Assembly (NCBI GenBank): GCA_002778465.1
Contig: PFBV01000003.1
Span: 2,397-66,396 of the forward strand
From: Candidatus Magasanikbacteria bacterium CG10_big_fil_rev_8_21_14_0_10_36_32
Lineage (GTDB): Bacteria > Patescibacteriota > Patescibacteriia > Magasanikbacterales > GWA2-37-8
Length of the DNA stretch: 64,000 bases
Reading direction: 5' to 3'
Part shown: positions 21,189-32,008 of the stretch, piece after piece
How the letters are laid out: every line of letters starts with the position of its first letter
How positions within the stretch are numbered: the first letter of the stretch is position 1
The notes under the pieces: generated by a model
What the model saw: only the letters and a program-made list of their open reading frames with translations
The model's database searches: none
Told to the model about the DNA's origin: nothing
Made by a program: the position numbers and the translations under genes

Positions 21189-22577
21189 TTATTTTAATTT
21201 AATATGAGCTTCTTTCAGCGCTGATTCAGGCATTGGCGATGGCGCACCCATCATCAAATCGCGGGCATCGCCGGTTTTCGGAAAAGCCATCACTTCACGA
21301 ATATTTTCTTCGCCAGACAATAACATAATCAAACGATCCAAACCTAAAGCAATACCACCGTGTGGTGGCGGAGCGAAAGTAAACGCTTCCAACATATGAC
21401 CAAAACGACTTTGTGTTTCTTCATCAGATAAACCAAGTATTTTAAATACTTTTTTTTGCAATTCACGCTCAAAAATTCTCAAACTGCCACCACCAATTTC
21501 AAAACCGTTCAAAACCAAATCGTATGCATTAGCTCGAACTTTCAAAGGTTCTTTATCCATTAAATTTAAATCTTCATCTAGTGGACGAGTAAAAGGATGA
21601 TGAACGGCGACAATTTTATTTTCACTTTCACTTTTTTCAAACATTGGAAAATCTACAACCCAGCAAAATGCTAAAGATTTTGAATCTTTATCTTTCCTCA
21701 AATCCGGCTTGTCACTTTGATATTTATCTATTGCTTCTTTGTACGTCAGTCGCGGGAAAGGTTTTTCTTGAATAGTTAAATGAGGAAATTGTTTTTCTAC
21801 CAATTCAATTGTCATTTTTTCCATCAACTGTAAAATATCTTCCTGTGAAAAAAATGACGTTTCCATATCCAACTGTGTAAACTCCGGCTGACGATCGCCG
21901 CGCTGATCTTCATCGCGAAAACAACGAGCAATCTGAAAATATCTTTCCACACCACCAACCATCAACAACTGTTTAAACTGTTGAGGTGACTGTGGTAAAA
22001 CATAAAAATTTCCCGGATAAACACGGGACGGAACTAAAAATTCACGGGCGCCTTCCGGTGTTCCTTTAGTCAATGATGGTGTTTCTATTTCCCAAAAACC
22101 TTGTTCGGATAAATAATTACGTAAAAATAAATTAATATTATGACGAATTTCCAAATTATTTTTCATCCTCTCTGAACGCAAATCAAGATATCGATATTTC
22201 AAACGCAATTCTTCGCTAATAATTTTAGTGTCAGCGCTAACTTCAAATGGCATTGGTTCCGATTCAGTGATGATTTTAATTTCTTTAGCTAAAATTTCAA
22301 TCGTACCGGTCGGCATATCCGGATTTTGCTGTTTAGCACCGCGTTCCTGAACAATACCGCGAATTTCTAAAAGATATTCCAAGCGCGCTCGTTTCAATTC
22401 TTCATTGGATTTTTCATCCAATTCGCTCGGTACACCGACCACTTGTAAAATTCCTTCACGGTCACGCAAATCCAAAAACGCAATTTTGCCCATATTACGC
22501 CGGGCGTTCACCCAGCCTTTCAGCAAAACCTCCTCCCCCACTTTATTAACAGTATCAACGGAATAAATTCTATTCAT
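21189..22577 (-). CDS. aspS: Aspartate--tRNA ligase (short form lacking the GAD insert)
   Basis: RYLDLR, PQSPQ.FKQ, CFRDED.R.DRQPEFTQLD, PPHGG.A.G.DR. Confidence 0.95.
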   Translation of the reverse strand: MNRIYSVDTVNKVGEEVLLKGWVNARRNMGKIAFLDLRDREGILQVVGVPSELDEKSNEELKRARLEYLLEIRGIVQERGAKQQNPDMPTGTIEILAKEIKIITESEPMPFEVSADTKIISEELRLKYRYLDLRSERMKNNLEIRHNINLFLRNYLSEQGFWEIETPSLTKGTPEGAREFLVPSRVYPGNFYVLPQSPQQFKQLLMVGGVERYFQIARCFRDEDQRGDRQPEFTQLDMETSFFSQEDILQLMEKMTIELVEKQFPHLTIQEKPFPRLTYKEAIDKYQSDKPDLRKDKDSKSLAFCWVVDFPMFEKSESENKIVAVHHPFTRPLDEDLNLMDKEPLKVRANAYDLVLNGFEIGGGSLRIFERELQKKVFKILGLSDEETQSRFGHMLEAFTFAPPPHGGIALGLDRLIMLLSGEENIREVMAFPKTGDARDLMMGAPSPMPESALKEAHIKLK

Positions 22578-22586
22578 AAAAAATAT

Positions 22587-23582
22587 TTAGCAAAATAATT
22601 CGGCCATTTCCACCAAACGGTAGGAATAACCCATTTCATTATCATACCAAGCGACAACTTTAACTAAATCACCATCAACCACATTGATTAAATTTAAATC
22701 AACAACGGCTGAATAAGGATTGGCGACAAAATCTGAAGAAACCAACTCCTCAGAAGTGGTTATTAAAATATTTTTAAATCTTGGTGTTTTAGAAGCCTCA
22801 ATCATTGCCTTGTGAATTTCTTCTTTAGTCACTTTCTTTTTCATTATGGCGGTAATGTCAGCCAGAGAAACTGTCAAAATCGGCACGCGAAGCGATAATC
22901 CGTCAAAAATACCTTTTAAGCTTGGGATAACCTCCCCGACCGCTTTAGCTGCACCAGTGGTAGTTGGAACAATATTTTGCGCCGCCGCCCGAGCCCGACG
23001 CAAATCTTTATGCGGACCATCTTGTAAATTTTGATCAGCGGTATAACCATGAACCGTACTCATCATCGCTTTTTTAATACCAAACTTTTCTTCCAATACA
23101 GCCATTATGGGAGCAATGCAATTAGTGGTGCAGGAAGCATTATTAATAATGGAAGATTTTTCTTTTTTAACCAAACCGCAATTAACACCTCTAACATAAG
23201 TTGGTATTTCACCGCCTTTTCCGGGCGCGCTAAGAATCACTCTTTTTGCTCCGGCCTTAATGTGCAATTCCGCTCCTTCTCGCTTGGTAAATTTACCGGT
23301 ACATTCTAAAACTGTATCAATTTTTAATTTTTTCCACGGCAAAACGGCCGGATCTTTTTCAGCATAAACCGGTATTTTTTTTCCATCCACAATAATATGA
23401 TTATCATCAAACGAAACTTTTCTTTCCCATTCACGATAAGAAGTATCATATTTCAACAAATGAGCCAAGGTTTTTGGATCAGTCAAATCATTAATGGCGA
23501 CAATGTTAATATTTTTTCGGGCAAAAGCTATTTTAAAAGCTTGACGGCCAATCCGACCAAAACCATTGATTGCAAGATTCAT
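22587..23582 (-). CDS. gap: Glyceraldehyde-3-phosphate dehydrogenase
   Basis: INGFGRIGR, ASCTTNC, WYDNE. Confidence 0.97.
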   Translation of the reverse strand: MNLAINGFGRIGRQAFKIAFARKNINIVAINDLTDPKTLAHLLKYDTSYREWERKVSFDDNHIIVDGKKIPVYAEKDPAVLPWKKLKIDTVLECTGKFTKREGAELHIKAGAKRVILSAPGKGGEIPTYVRGVNCGLVKKEKSSIINNASCTTNCIAPIMAVLEEKFGIKKAMMSTVHGYTADQNLQDGPHKDLRRARAAAQNIVPTTTGAAKAVGEVIPSLKGIFDGLSLRVPILTVSLADITAIMKKKVTKEEIHKAMIEASKTPRFKNILITTSEELVSSDFVANPYSAVVDLNLINVVDGDLVKVVAWYDNEMGYSYRLVEMAELFC

Positions 23583-23585
23583 ATT

Positions 23586-23897
23586 TTAAAAAATTAAAAC
23601 AAATAAAATAACAATAAATAAAATAGATGCCAGCCAGCCGACAGTAGAAAATAACAAAGTAAGCGCGTCCTTTTTTTGATTATCTAAATATAACAATACC
23701 GGTTTGCCAAAAATTAAAATACCCATAATCGTAGCGGACAAAACCAACAAAAGCAACACTATCACCGGACCAAAAAATGGAACATTATCAATTTTAATTA
23801 TTTTGTCGGCGCAAAATACAAATACAGCCACGCAAAAAATATAGGCAGTGGCCAAAAAAGCGTGAACAAACGAATATTTAAGTATTTTTTTATTCAT
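23586..23897 (-). CDS. Small three-TM membrane protein
   Basis: Three hydrophobic helices; packed in the operon. Confidence 0.75.
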   Translation of the reverse strand: MNKKILKYSFVHAFLATAYIFCVAVFVFCADKIIKIDNVPFFGPVIVLLLLVLSATIMGILIFGKPVLLYLDNQKKDALTLLFSTVGWLASILFIVILFVLIF

Positions 23898-23920
23898 AAG
23901 ATAGTATAATTATATCTTTT

Positions 23921-25105
23921 TTACATGACTCTGGCAAATATGCACTTGAGATATTCTCCTTCAGTAAAAGCCGCCAATTCCGGATGATCTATTCCATGAG
24001 TATAAACTTCCAAAATCTGAACCACTCTCCCAGCTCGGCCGGCCGCCTCCGACAACATATGGCGAAAATCCATCATACTGACATGAGCGGAGCAAGAAGC
24101 TGTAACTAAAATTCCGTTTGGAGACAAAAGACGCAAGGCGGCCTCATTTATTTTACGATAACCTTGCAGACCTTCACGTATTTTGTGGCGATCTTTAACA
24201 AAAGCCGGCGGATCTAAAATAATTAAATCAAAATCTTTTTCCGGTGGATTGTATAAATAATCTTTCACATCAGCAGAAATAAATTCGCATTTTTTTGAAT
24301 CTAATTTATTCAATTTAATATTTTCTTCCGCTAATTTTAAAGCGATTTCTGACGCATCCACACTAATAACTTTTTTTGCGCCGGCTGATAAGGCATACAC
24401 ACTAAAACCACCGGTATAAGAAAAGCAATTTAATACTCTTTTATTTTTAGAATATTTTTTCAAAGCTTGACGCTTATTGCGCTGATCTAAAAAAAATCCT
24501 GTTTTCTGTCCACTAATAATATCCACAACAAATTTATAACCATTTTCTAAAATTGTAACTTTTTTAGGAAGTTTGCCATATAATAAGCCAACTTCTTTTT
24601 CCATCTGCTCACGCGCTCGCCCACCAACATCAGAACGCTCATATATTCCTTTTGGTTTTAAACATTTTATCAATGCATCAAGAATATTATGTTTCCAAAA
24701 TTCAATACCTCGATTATGAAATTGGACGGATAAATAATTGCCATATTTATCCACCACCAAACCGGGCAACAAATCACTCTCACTATTTATTAAACGATAA
24801 GCGTCGGTGTTTTTATCAACTACATAATCTTGCCGTAATTTATAAGCATCTGTAATTCGTTTGACAAAAAAATTATCATTTATAACTTCTTTTTCATCCC
24901 AACTCCACAAACGAACAGCCATTTGCGAATAAGAATTAAAATATCCTTGCGCCAAAAAATGTCCGGTTTCATCAACCAATTGAACTGACTGTCCGCAAGA
25001 TAAACCTTCCGGGACATATTTTAAAGCGCCGGAAAAAACCCACGGATGACGACCTAAAATTGGCCCGACACGATTTTGGTTTACAATAAGTTTAGTCATA
25101 AACAT
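23921..25105 (-). CDS. rlmI: RlmI/RlmK-family 23S rRNA methyltransferase
   Basis: PUA HPWVF, GQKTGFFLDQR, FSYTGGF, DPPAF, EYLK. Confidence 0.9.
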   Translation of the reverse strand: MFMTKLIVNQNRVGPILGRHPWVFSGALKYVPEGLSCGQSVQLVDETGHFLAQGYFNSYSQMAVRLWSWDEKEVINDNFFVKRITDAYKLRQDYVVDKNTDAYRLINSESDLLPGLVVDKYGNYLSVQFHNRGIEFWKHNILDALIKCLKPKGIYERSDVGGRAREQMEKEVGLLYGKLPKKVTILENGYKFVVDIISGQKTGFFLDQRNKRQALKKYSKNKRVLNCFSYTGGFSVYALSAGAKKVISVDASEIALKLAEENIKLNKLDSKKCEFISADVKDYLYNPPEKDFDLIILDPPAFVKDRHKIREGLQGYRKINEAALRLLSPNGILVTASCSAHVSMMDFRHMLSEAAGRAGRVVQILEVYTHGIDHPELAAFTEGEYLKCIFARVM

Positions 25106-25132
25106 AACCTAAATTATATCTTATTTTAATAC

Positions 25133-25167
25133 AAAAAACCGCCCAACGCAATAGTCGGACGGTTTTT
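25133..25167 (-). terminator. Intrinsic terminator
   Basis: aaaaaccgccc..ggacggttttt hairpin with A/T tails. Confidence 0.7.
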
Positions 25168-25185
25168 ATTTTCAATTAATATCAA

Positions 25186-27648
25186 TTATTGTACCAATTC
25201 ATTCAAGGCGGCACGAGTTAACGGACCGAGCCAACCTGGATATGGAGATAAATTTTTATCTTGTTGGAATTTAACCACCGCCGCTTTAGTAACATTGCCA
25301 AAGTAACCGGTGATAGTAGGATATGTGAAATAACCAAGATCTTTCAATAATTGTTGCAATTGGGTAACAGCCTCGCCTCTGGAACCAATATAAAGATAAT
25401 TCTTAAATTGATAACCGGTAGGCGTGACAACCGCAACTGCCGGAGTTTCTTCAACAACAACTTCTTCTGTGACGGGTTTGGTTAATTTGTTCAAAGCAAT
25501 ACGGGTTAACGGACCAATATGTCCGGGAAATGAAGAAAAACCTTGGGCTTGTTGGAATTTAACTACCGCCGCTTTAGTAATATTACCAAAGTAACCGGTG
25601 ATGGATGAGTAGGTATAATAACCTAAATCTTTTAATAATTGCTGTAACTGTTTAACTTCTTCACCTTGCGAACCAACGCCTAAATAATTATTAAACTGAG
25701 CGGTGACATTAGTGGTAACAACCGGAGTAATTGGAGTTTCGGTAGTGGTTTCAGCTACAGTTTCAGTTGTAGTTTCTGTGACAGTTTCGGTAGTGGTTTC
25801 AGCTACAGTTTCAGTTGTAGTTTCTGTGACAGTTTCGGTAGTGGTTTCAGCTACAGGAGCAACATATGAAGAACCAGATGAAGAACCACCCCCACCGCCC
25901 GAATAAGCACTAACTGAATAATTAGCTGTGTCAGTGTCAGTATCAGCACTCTCTTTACTATCAACAAAAGCTAAAGATAAACTATGATCACCAGAAACAT
26001 TGAGCTGTCCATTGTTTGATAATGCGCCAGCAGTCACTACCAGTGGCAAAGCTGAACTGCGAAATATGCCGGTATCCACTCCTGTTTCGGTTAATGTAAT
26101 TGCCTCACTGTCAGAATAAGGACTGGCGGTAATCAGTGAACCGCTAATTGTGTCAGCAACTGTGTTACTTAAATTACCATCATGATCTTCTACGGTAACA
26201 TAGACAGAATCAGCGGAAGTAAAAGTTGACACTTCCGTACCGGCGCTATTGGTCAATTTAACTGAAGTCGCAGGATGTTTAATGGCGCCATTTTCCGTGA
26301 TAGTCCCATTATTATCAAATGTTACCGGAGCGTAAAGATATTTATCAGCCCAAATCGTAGTGGTACCACTATTTATAAACGAATTGGATGAAGTGGCACT
26401 ATCACTAAAAAAATATGTGCCGGTTCCAAAAACCAAATCATAATAAGTTTCTGCTGTACTGGTCACTGCACCGGTACTGGTATATTGCACATTAGAAGCA
26501 CTGGAAGAAAAAATACCATTATTTACCAGTGGGGTTCCTGAACCTGATAAAACAAGGGTGTATGTGGCGGCGTCAAATTCCGTATCAGTATCAACAGTTA
26601 ACACATTAGTAACAGTCAAATTACCAGCTAAAGTAGTAGTAACACCTGTAGTAGTTAAATTATAGAATGTAGTGTCACCGGTTCCACCCAAAGTATAATT
26701 AGCGCTCTCATCTGTCATGGACACTGTACCGGAAGTTTGGGTGACTGTGCCAGAATTGTCTAAATTACAAGCCAAATCCAAATCATAAGCAGCTAAATCT
26801 AAAGTTGAATTTTCGTCAATACTTATATTACTATCTATATCAATATTACCAGCTAAAGTGACAGTAGAAGAAGTAAGAGTTAAGTTGTACAAAGTAGTAA
26901 CACCGGAACCGCCCAAAGTAACTCCTTGACCACTTCTCATAATAGTATAACTGGCGTTTGATTGTGTAACTGTACCGGAATTATAAAAATTACCATCAAC
27001 AATTAATTCGTTATTTATTGCACTTAAAATCAAACTCTTACCTGAATTAACAGTAATATCATTATTTACAATCACAAAATTAGTTCCATTTGATGTATAA
27101 GAACCATCAATGACTAAGTTATAAAAATCAACACTTGTTGTACTAATTGTTAATGTTGCATCATCACCATAAAGTACAACATTCATACCTGTTAAACCGG
27201 CCCATTTGGCATTACCATTAATAATAAAACTTCCGCCGACACGAAATACACCACTGCCTGTTGTTGAAACTGTACCTCCAGCTTGGTAAAAATATGAAGT
27301 AGTGGCATTTGCTTCACCAATTGAAACTACTCCATTATAAGTTACATCAATTGCAACACTAAGCGTAGTTGTTAAACCTGTGTCCCAAATAGCGTTAGTA
27401 GAAGTAGCTTCAGGGGAAAGATAATCGCTTCTAAGCTGCAAACCAGCGCCAACAACATTAGAACAAGGACTGCCATCAGCAAGCGCGGAATCATACCAAT
27501 TAGTTGGGTCACTCATATTTTGACTGGAAGAAGCTGTCCAATAACAACTTAATCCCGCAGCTGAAGCCGGAGCGACATTACCAAATAAAAACCACGCGCC
27601 GACTAAAATAGCGGCGGCAAACGAAATTTTTCTCCACGACATATTCAT
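25186..27648 (-). CDS. Secreted surface protein: beta-helix-like region, Thr/Glu linker, two peptidoglycan-binding domains
   Basis: Signal peptide; two GS.G..V..LQ..L...GY....TGYFG..T..AV..FQ domains. Confidence 0.85.
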   Translation of the reverse strand: MNMSWRKISFAAAILVGAWFLFGNVAPASAAGLSCYWTASSSQNMSDPTNWYDSALADGSPCSNVVGAGLQLRSDYLSPEATSTNAIWDTGLTTTLSVAIDVTYNGVVSIGEANATTSYFYQAGGTVSTTGSGVFRVGGSFIINGNAKWAGLTGMNVVLYGDDATLTISTTSVDFYNLVIDGSYTSNGTNFVIVNNDITVNSGKSLILSAINNELIVDGNFYNSGTVTQSNASYTIMRSGQGVTLGGSGVTTLYNLTLTSSTVTLAGNIDIDSNISIDENSTLDLAAYDLDLACNLDNSGTVTQTSGTVSMTDESANYTLGGTGDTTFYNLTTTGVTTTLAGNLTVTNVLTVDTDTEFDAATYTLVLSGSGTPLVNNGIFSSSASNVQYTSTGAVTSTAETYYDLVFGTGTYFFSDSATSSNSFINSGTTTIWADKYLYAPVTFDNNGTITENGAIKHPATSVKLTNSAGTEVSTFTSADSVYVTVEDHDGNLSNTVADTISGSLITASPYSDSEAITLTETGVDTGIFRSSALPLVVTAGALSNNGQLNVSGDHSLSLAFVDSKESADTDTDTANYSVSAYSGGGGGSSSGSSYVAPVAETTTETVTETTTETVAETTTETVTETTTETVAETTTETPITPVVTTNVTAQFNNYLGVGSQGEEVKQLQQLLKDLGYYTYSSITGYFGNITKAAVVKFQQAQGFSSFPGHIGPLTRIALNKLTKPVTEEVVVEETPAVAVVTPTGYQFKNYLYIGSRGEAVTQLQQLLKDLGYFTYPTITGYFGNVTKAAVVKFQQDKNLSPYPGWLGPLTRAALNELVQ
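25735..25856. repeat. Coding tandem repeat, 48-bp unit x about 2.5 (ETTTETV[T/A])
   Basis: agtttcggtagtggtttcagctacagtttcagttgtagtttctgtgac repeated exactly. Confidence 0.9.
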
Positions 27649-27750
27649 AAAAAATTAAATAAATAATTTAAATATAAAATCACTTAAATATTATAACGTT
27701 TCTAAAAGTATTACGCAACCCCATTGACAACAACCATACCTGTAAATAAC

Positions 27751-27780
27751 AAAAAAGACGGCTTTTGGCCGTCTTTTTTT
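27751..27780 (-). terminator. tsf terminator
   Basis: aaaaaagacggc-tttt-ggccgtctttttt. Confidence 0.8.
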
Positions 27781-27791
27781 ATTTTTTAATT

Positions 27792-28646
27792 TTATTTCAT
27801 CTGTTCAGCTACCTCTGTGGCAAAATCACAACTTTTCTTGGTAATCCCATCACCTAATTCATATCGCCAAAATAATTTTACTTTAGCACCGGCCGTTTCA
27901 GCCAATTGACCAATAGTTTTTTCTTCATCTTTAATAAACGGCTGTTCAAACAAACAAACTTCACTGTAAAATTTATCCATTTTACCTTTCACAATATTGA
28001 CAATGATATTTTCCGGCTTGCCTTGAGCGCGCAATTGTTCGGAAGCGATTTCTTGTTCTTTTTCCAAAACACTACCGTCAACTTCCTCACGATTCAAATA
28101 ACGCGGACCGGTAGCGGCGGCATGCATAGCAATCTCACGAGCTAAATCTTCACTGCCGCCTTCCAATACCACCAACACCGAAATCTTGCCACCCATATGA
28201 ACATAAGCGCCAAAATTTTCTTCAGCAGATTTATTAATTACAGCAATGCGGCGCAAATTTAATTTCTCTCCAATTTTAGAAACCGTCTCGCTGAATTTAT
28301 CTTGCAAACCTTTCATAGCTTCTTCAACTGAAGCAGGTTTATTTTCAATCAAATAATCAGCAACAAAAGAAACTAAATTTTTAAAATCATCACTTTTGGC
28401 GGCAAAATCGGATTCCGAATTCACTTCAGCAATCACGGCTACATCATTCTGAACTTTCACAACAGTCAAACCTTCGGCAGCGATTTTATCTCCGCGTTTA
28501 GCAGCTTTAATCACGCCTTTTTTACGCAAAATTTCAGTTGCTTTATCTGTGTCACCATTAGCTTCATCTAAAGCTTTTTTGCAATCCATCATGCCGGCTC
28601 CGGTCATTTCACGTAATTTTGAAATATCTTGAATTGTAATAGCCAT
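27792..28646 (-). CDS. tsf: Elongation factor Ts
   Basis: LRE.TGAGMMDCKKAL, EVNSESDF. Confidence 0.97.
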   Translation of the reverse strand: MAITIQDISKLREMTGAGMMDCKKALDEANGDTDKATEILRKKGVIKAAKRGDKIAAEGLTVVKVQNDVAVIAEVNSESDFAAKSDDFKNLVSFVADYLIENKPASVEEAMKGLQDKFSETVSKIGEKLNLRRIAVINKSAEENFGAYVHMGGKISVLVVLEGGSEDLAREIAMHAAATGPRYLNREEVDGSVLEKEQEIASEQLRAQGKPENIIVNIVKGKMDKFYSEVCLFEQPFIKDEEKTIGQLAETAGAKVKLFWRYELGDGITKKSCDFATEVAEQMK

Positions 28647-28679
28647 AAGAATAGAAATTAGAAAATAGAAATTATAATT

Positions 28680-29462
28680 TTAAAGAGACTCCTCTTTTTT
28701 CATTACTCGTCTCGGTTTAATAGCTTCCGCTCTATTCTTTTCTTCATTTGCCACAGCTACGGCTTTCTTTTTGTCGTACTCCTTCTTGCCTTCATTAACA
28801 GCATTGGATATGGCATCGGCCATTAATTTAATGGAATTAACAGCATCATCATTTGCCGGAATAATATAACTGGCATCAGTCGGATCAACATTGGTATCGC
28901 AAACAGCGATAATCGGCACATTGGTACGATTAGCTTCGGCTGTAGCGGTTTTTTCCGTACGTAAATCGGCAATATACAATGCGTCAGGCATTTTGTCCAT
29001 TTGAGACAAACCAATTAAATATTTATCCATTTTCTCCAAATCTTTTTTGAATTTAATTTGTTCTTTTTTTGTGTATTTTTCTACTTCACCACTGGCAACC
29101 TGTTCTTTCATGGAAAGATATTTTTTCAAACGGCGTTTCATTTCTTCAAAATTTGTCATTAAACCGCCAATCCATCGTTCAACCAAATAAGGCATCCCGC
29201 AATTTTCCGCCGCCGCCTTAATTAAATCGCGCGCTTGACGCTTTGTTCCGACAAATAAAATAACCTTGCCTTCAGCGGCCAGGTTTTTAACAAAACTTAA
29301 GGTTTTGTCCATTTCCTCAAGTGTTTTTTCCAGATCAATGATGTGAACACCATTTCTGGTTCCGAAAATATATTGTTTCATTTTCGGATGCCAACGTGAT
29401 TTTTGGTGGCCAAAATGCACGCCAAGTTTTAACATCTCTGCAAGAGACGGCAATAAATTCAT
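28680..29462 (-). CDS. rpsB: 30S ribosomal protein S2
   Basis: GVHFGH...W.PKM, RWIGG..TN, IPANDD. Confidence 0.97.
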   Translation of the reverse strand: MNLLPSLAEMLKLGVHFGHQKSRWHPKMKQYIFGTRNGVHIIDLEKTLEEMDKTLSFVKNLAAEGKVILFVGTKRQARDLIKAAAENCGMPYLVERWIGGLMTNFEEMKRRLKKYLSMKEQVASGEVEKYTKKEQIKFKKDLEKMDKYLIGLSQMDKMPDALYIADLRTEKTATAEANRTNVPIIAVCDTNVDPTDASYIIPANDDAVNSIKLMADAISNAVNEGKKEYDKKKAVAVANEEKNRAEAIKPRRVMKKEESL

Positions 29463-29603
29463 ACTTTTCCTTATTACTTCCTCTCAGTTATACCCCTTGA
29501 GTGGTCAAAGGGAGGAAAAAATTTTCTCCGGATAGCCGGACAAACAAACTGATGAGTGATAAAATATTGTGTAAAATATACAATAAATTAAGAAGGTTGT
29601 CAA
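29463..29603 (-). promoter_or_regulatory. rpsB promoter and structured S2 autoregulatory leader
   Basis: TTGACA-17-TATATT, then ACACA and a long stem ctca-tcagtt..aactga-gag with internal hairpins. Confidence 0.65.
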
Positions 29604-29663
29604 GAGCAACTTGCCAAAAACCAAATTTTATGCTATTCTTGTGATAAGAATTTAGCTAAAAAT

Positions 29664-30407
29664 ATGAAAAAACATATGGAACAATATCGTACTATTGAAC
29701 AAAAAGAAATTGAATCAGACGAACTCAAAAAAGTCAGAGAATTTTTCGTTGACGCCTTACCGCTGATTGATTCATCTGTAACGAAAAAAATGACGCCAAA
29801 ACAGCTTTTTGACGCTTACCAAGATTTTATAAACAATGACCCGTCATTTGAACATTTTCAAACTGTCGCTTCATTAGGAAATTCAAAAGAATCTTTTTCT
29901 CGCAATGATCTAAAATCACAACCACAACTTTTGAATTTGTGGAAAAAATATCTGATTAAAAAATTACCGGCCGCGTTAGTAGAACGACAAGTGGAAATAC
30001 AGCAAGTTGATGATGAAGAAGATTTAGATGCTGATAAATTAGAAAGTTTACATAAAAAAAGATTAGAAATCGGACACAAAATGGTTTTAGGTTTTCATGT
30101 CACTGATAATCAAATTGATGGCGACATTTTGCCAAGCAAAATTCCCACCACGTTATTCGGTGAAGAAAAAATTGATATTCCGGCCGGAAAAACATTTTAT
30201 TCTTCCAGTCCAAAAGCTCTATATAAGCAACGCAATAAAAACCTTATTTTTGTTGAGGGTGACCAATTGGAAATTGAGGAACAACGTAAAAAAACCGGCG
30301 TTGCTCATGGTGGCGGTGAATGGATTAGTACCAACCGCAGACTTCCAACATTAGAATCCTTTGATTTAACAACTTTAAACGAACCTTTGGAATTAAAGTC
30401 CATATAA
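29664..30407 (+). CDS. Hypothetical protein
   Basis: 247-aa ORF with upstream TTGCCA-17-TATTCT. Confidence 0.7.
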   Translation: MKKHMEQYRTIEQKEIESDELKKVREFFVDALPLIDSSVTKKMTPKQLFDAYQDFINNDPSFEHFQTVASLGNSKESFSRNDLKSQPQLLNLWKKYLIKKLPAALVERQVEIQQVDDEEDLDADKLESLHKKRLEIGHKMVLGFHVTDNQIDGDILPSKIPTTLFGEEKIDIPAGKTFYSSSPKALYKQRNKNLIFVEGDQLEIEEQRKKTGVAHGGGEWISTNRRLPTLESFDLTTLNEPLELKSI

Positions 30408-30408
30408 C

Positions 30409-30437
30409 TTGACAATTTCAAAACTATTTGTTAATAT
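30409..30437 (+). promoter_or_regulatory. rpmE promoter
   Basis: TTGACA-17-TAATAT. Confidence 0.6.
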
Positions 30438-30464
30438 AGCAACCACATTTAATAATAACTATCT

Positions 30465-30773
30465 ATGAAAAAAGACATTCACCCCGAATTTCACACTGAC
30501 TGTAAAGTCACCTGCGCCTGCGGTAACACATTTACCACTGGCAGCACAATGAAAGAAATCCGCATTGAGTTATGTAACCAATGCCATCCTTTTTATACCG
30601 GAAAACAAAAATTCGTTGACAGTGCTCGCCGAGTAGAAAAATTCCAAGAACGAGCGGAAAAACAAGCGGCTTTATTAAAAACTGTAAAAACAAAAAAGAC
30701 TGCTAAGACTGAAGGGGTTGAGACTCCAGAAAAAACAAAAAAAACTGCTAAAAAAGCTGTCAAAAAAGCTTAG
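30465..30773 (+). CDS. rpmE: 50S ribosomal protein L31 (Zn-binding type) with Lys-rich tail
   Basis: MKKDIHP, CACG, C..CHPFYTG. Confidence 0.97.
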   Translation: MKKDIHPEFHTDCKVTCACGNTFTTGSTMKEIRIELCNQCHPFYTGKQKFVDSARRVEKFQERAEKQAALLKTVKTKKTAKTEGVETPEKTKKTAKKAVKKA

Positions 30774-30926
30774 CGTTAATAATTAAAAAACAGACATGGA
30801 TATTTCCAGTCTGTTTTTTTATTAGATAACAAAACGAACGAAATAAAAATTTATTTTTATTTCCGAAAAAGTCGACAATATTATATCTAATAGAAATATA
30901 TTCAAATTATATGATAAACTAATGAT

Positions 30927-31997
30927 ATGCTTCAAAAATATATTGACATAAAAAATAAATTTAAACAGTTAGAAAACGACCTGCAAAATCCGGCCGTGAT
31001 TAATGATACAAAAAAATTAAAAACCGTGTCGCAGGAATACTCTGATTTAAAATCAACGGCTGAAAAAATTATTGAATTAGAAATTACAGAAAATAATATC
31101 GTTGAAACAAAAAAAATACTAACGGAAGAACAAGAATCGGAATTACAAGAAATTGCTAAAAATGAATTATCAGGATTGGAAAACAAAAAAGAACAACAAG
31201 AAGAAGAGTTGGAAAAAATAACCCGTCCGCAAGATCCAATGGACAAAAAAGATGTAATCATGGAAATTCGCGCCGGTGTTGGCGGAGACGAATCAGCTTT
31301 ATTCACCGCCGATCTTTATAGAATGTATTCCAAATATGCTGACAATCGCGGATGGAAAACTCAACTTATTGATTCTAATATGATTGGTATTGGTGGATTT
31401 AAGGAAGTTATTTTTTCTATCAAAGCCAATCCATCAAATAATGGAGTTTATAAAGATTTAAAATATGAAATGGGTGTACATCGCGTTCAACGCGTTCCGG
31501 AAACAGAAAAATCCGGCAGAATTCACACATCCACTGTTACTGTGGCTGTTTTGCCTGAAATTGAAGAAAAAGAAATAAAAATTGACCCAAAAGATTTACG
31601 AATTGACACTTTTTGCGCCGGAGGACACGGCGGACAAAGTGTAAACACAACTTATTCGGCAGTTCGTATTATTCATGTTCCAACCAATACTATGGTTCAA
31701 TGTCAAGATGAACGTTCACAAGCTGCCAACAAAGAAAAAGCCATGTCTGTATTAAGATCACGCCTTTATGAAGTGGATAGACAAAAAAAAGAAAAAGAAT
31801 TGTCAGAAAAAAGAAAATCACAAATCGGCAGTGGCGACCGAAGTGAAAAAATACGCACCTATAATTTTCCTCAAGACAGGATCACAGATCATCGCATCAA
31901 TCAAAATTGGAACAATATCGGAAATATTTTAAATGGGAATTTAGAACCCCTAATAACCGCTTTGCGCGAAGCTGATTACGAAGCGATGGCGCAATAA
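30927..31997 (+). CDS. prfA: Peptide chain release factor 1
   Basis: RVQRVPETE (PxT), [15 protein letters not shown]. Confidence 0.97.
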   Translation: MLQKYIDIKNKFKQLENDLQNPAVINDTKKLKTVSQEYSDLKSTAEKIIELEITENNIVETKKILTEEQESELQEIAKNELSGLENKKEQQEEELEKITRPQDPMDKKDVIMEIRAGVGGDESALFTADLYRMYSKYADNRGWKTQLIDSNMIGIGGFKEVIFSIKANPSNNGVYKDLKYEMGVHRVQRVPETEKSGRIHTSTVTVAVLPEIEEKEIKIDPKDLRIDTFCAGGHGGQSVNTTYSAVRIIHVPTNTMVQCQDERSQAANKEKAMSVLRSRLYEVDRQKKEKELSEKRKSQIGSGDRSEKIRTYNFPQDRITDHRINQNWNNIGNILNGNLEPLITALREADYEAMAQ

Positions 31998-32008
31998 TTT
32001 TACGGCTT

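Noticed and set aside
25735-25856. CRISPR array (also considered for 51991-52061)
   Set aside because: The repeats are contiguous with no unique spacers, and no cas genes are present.
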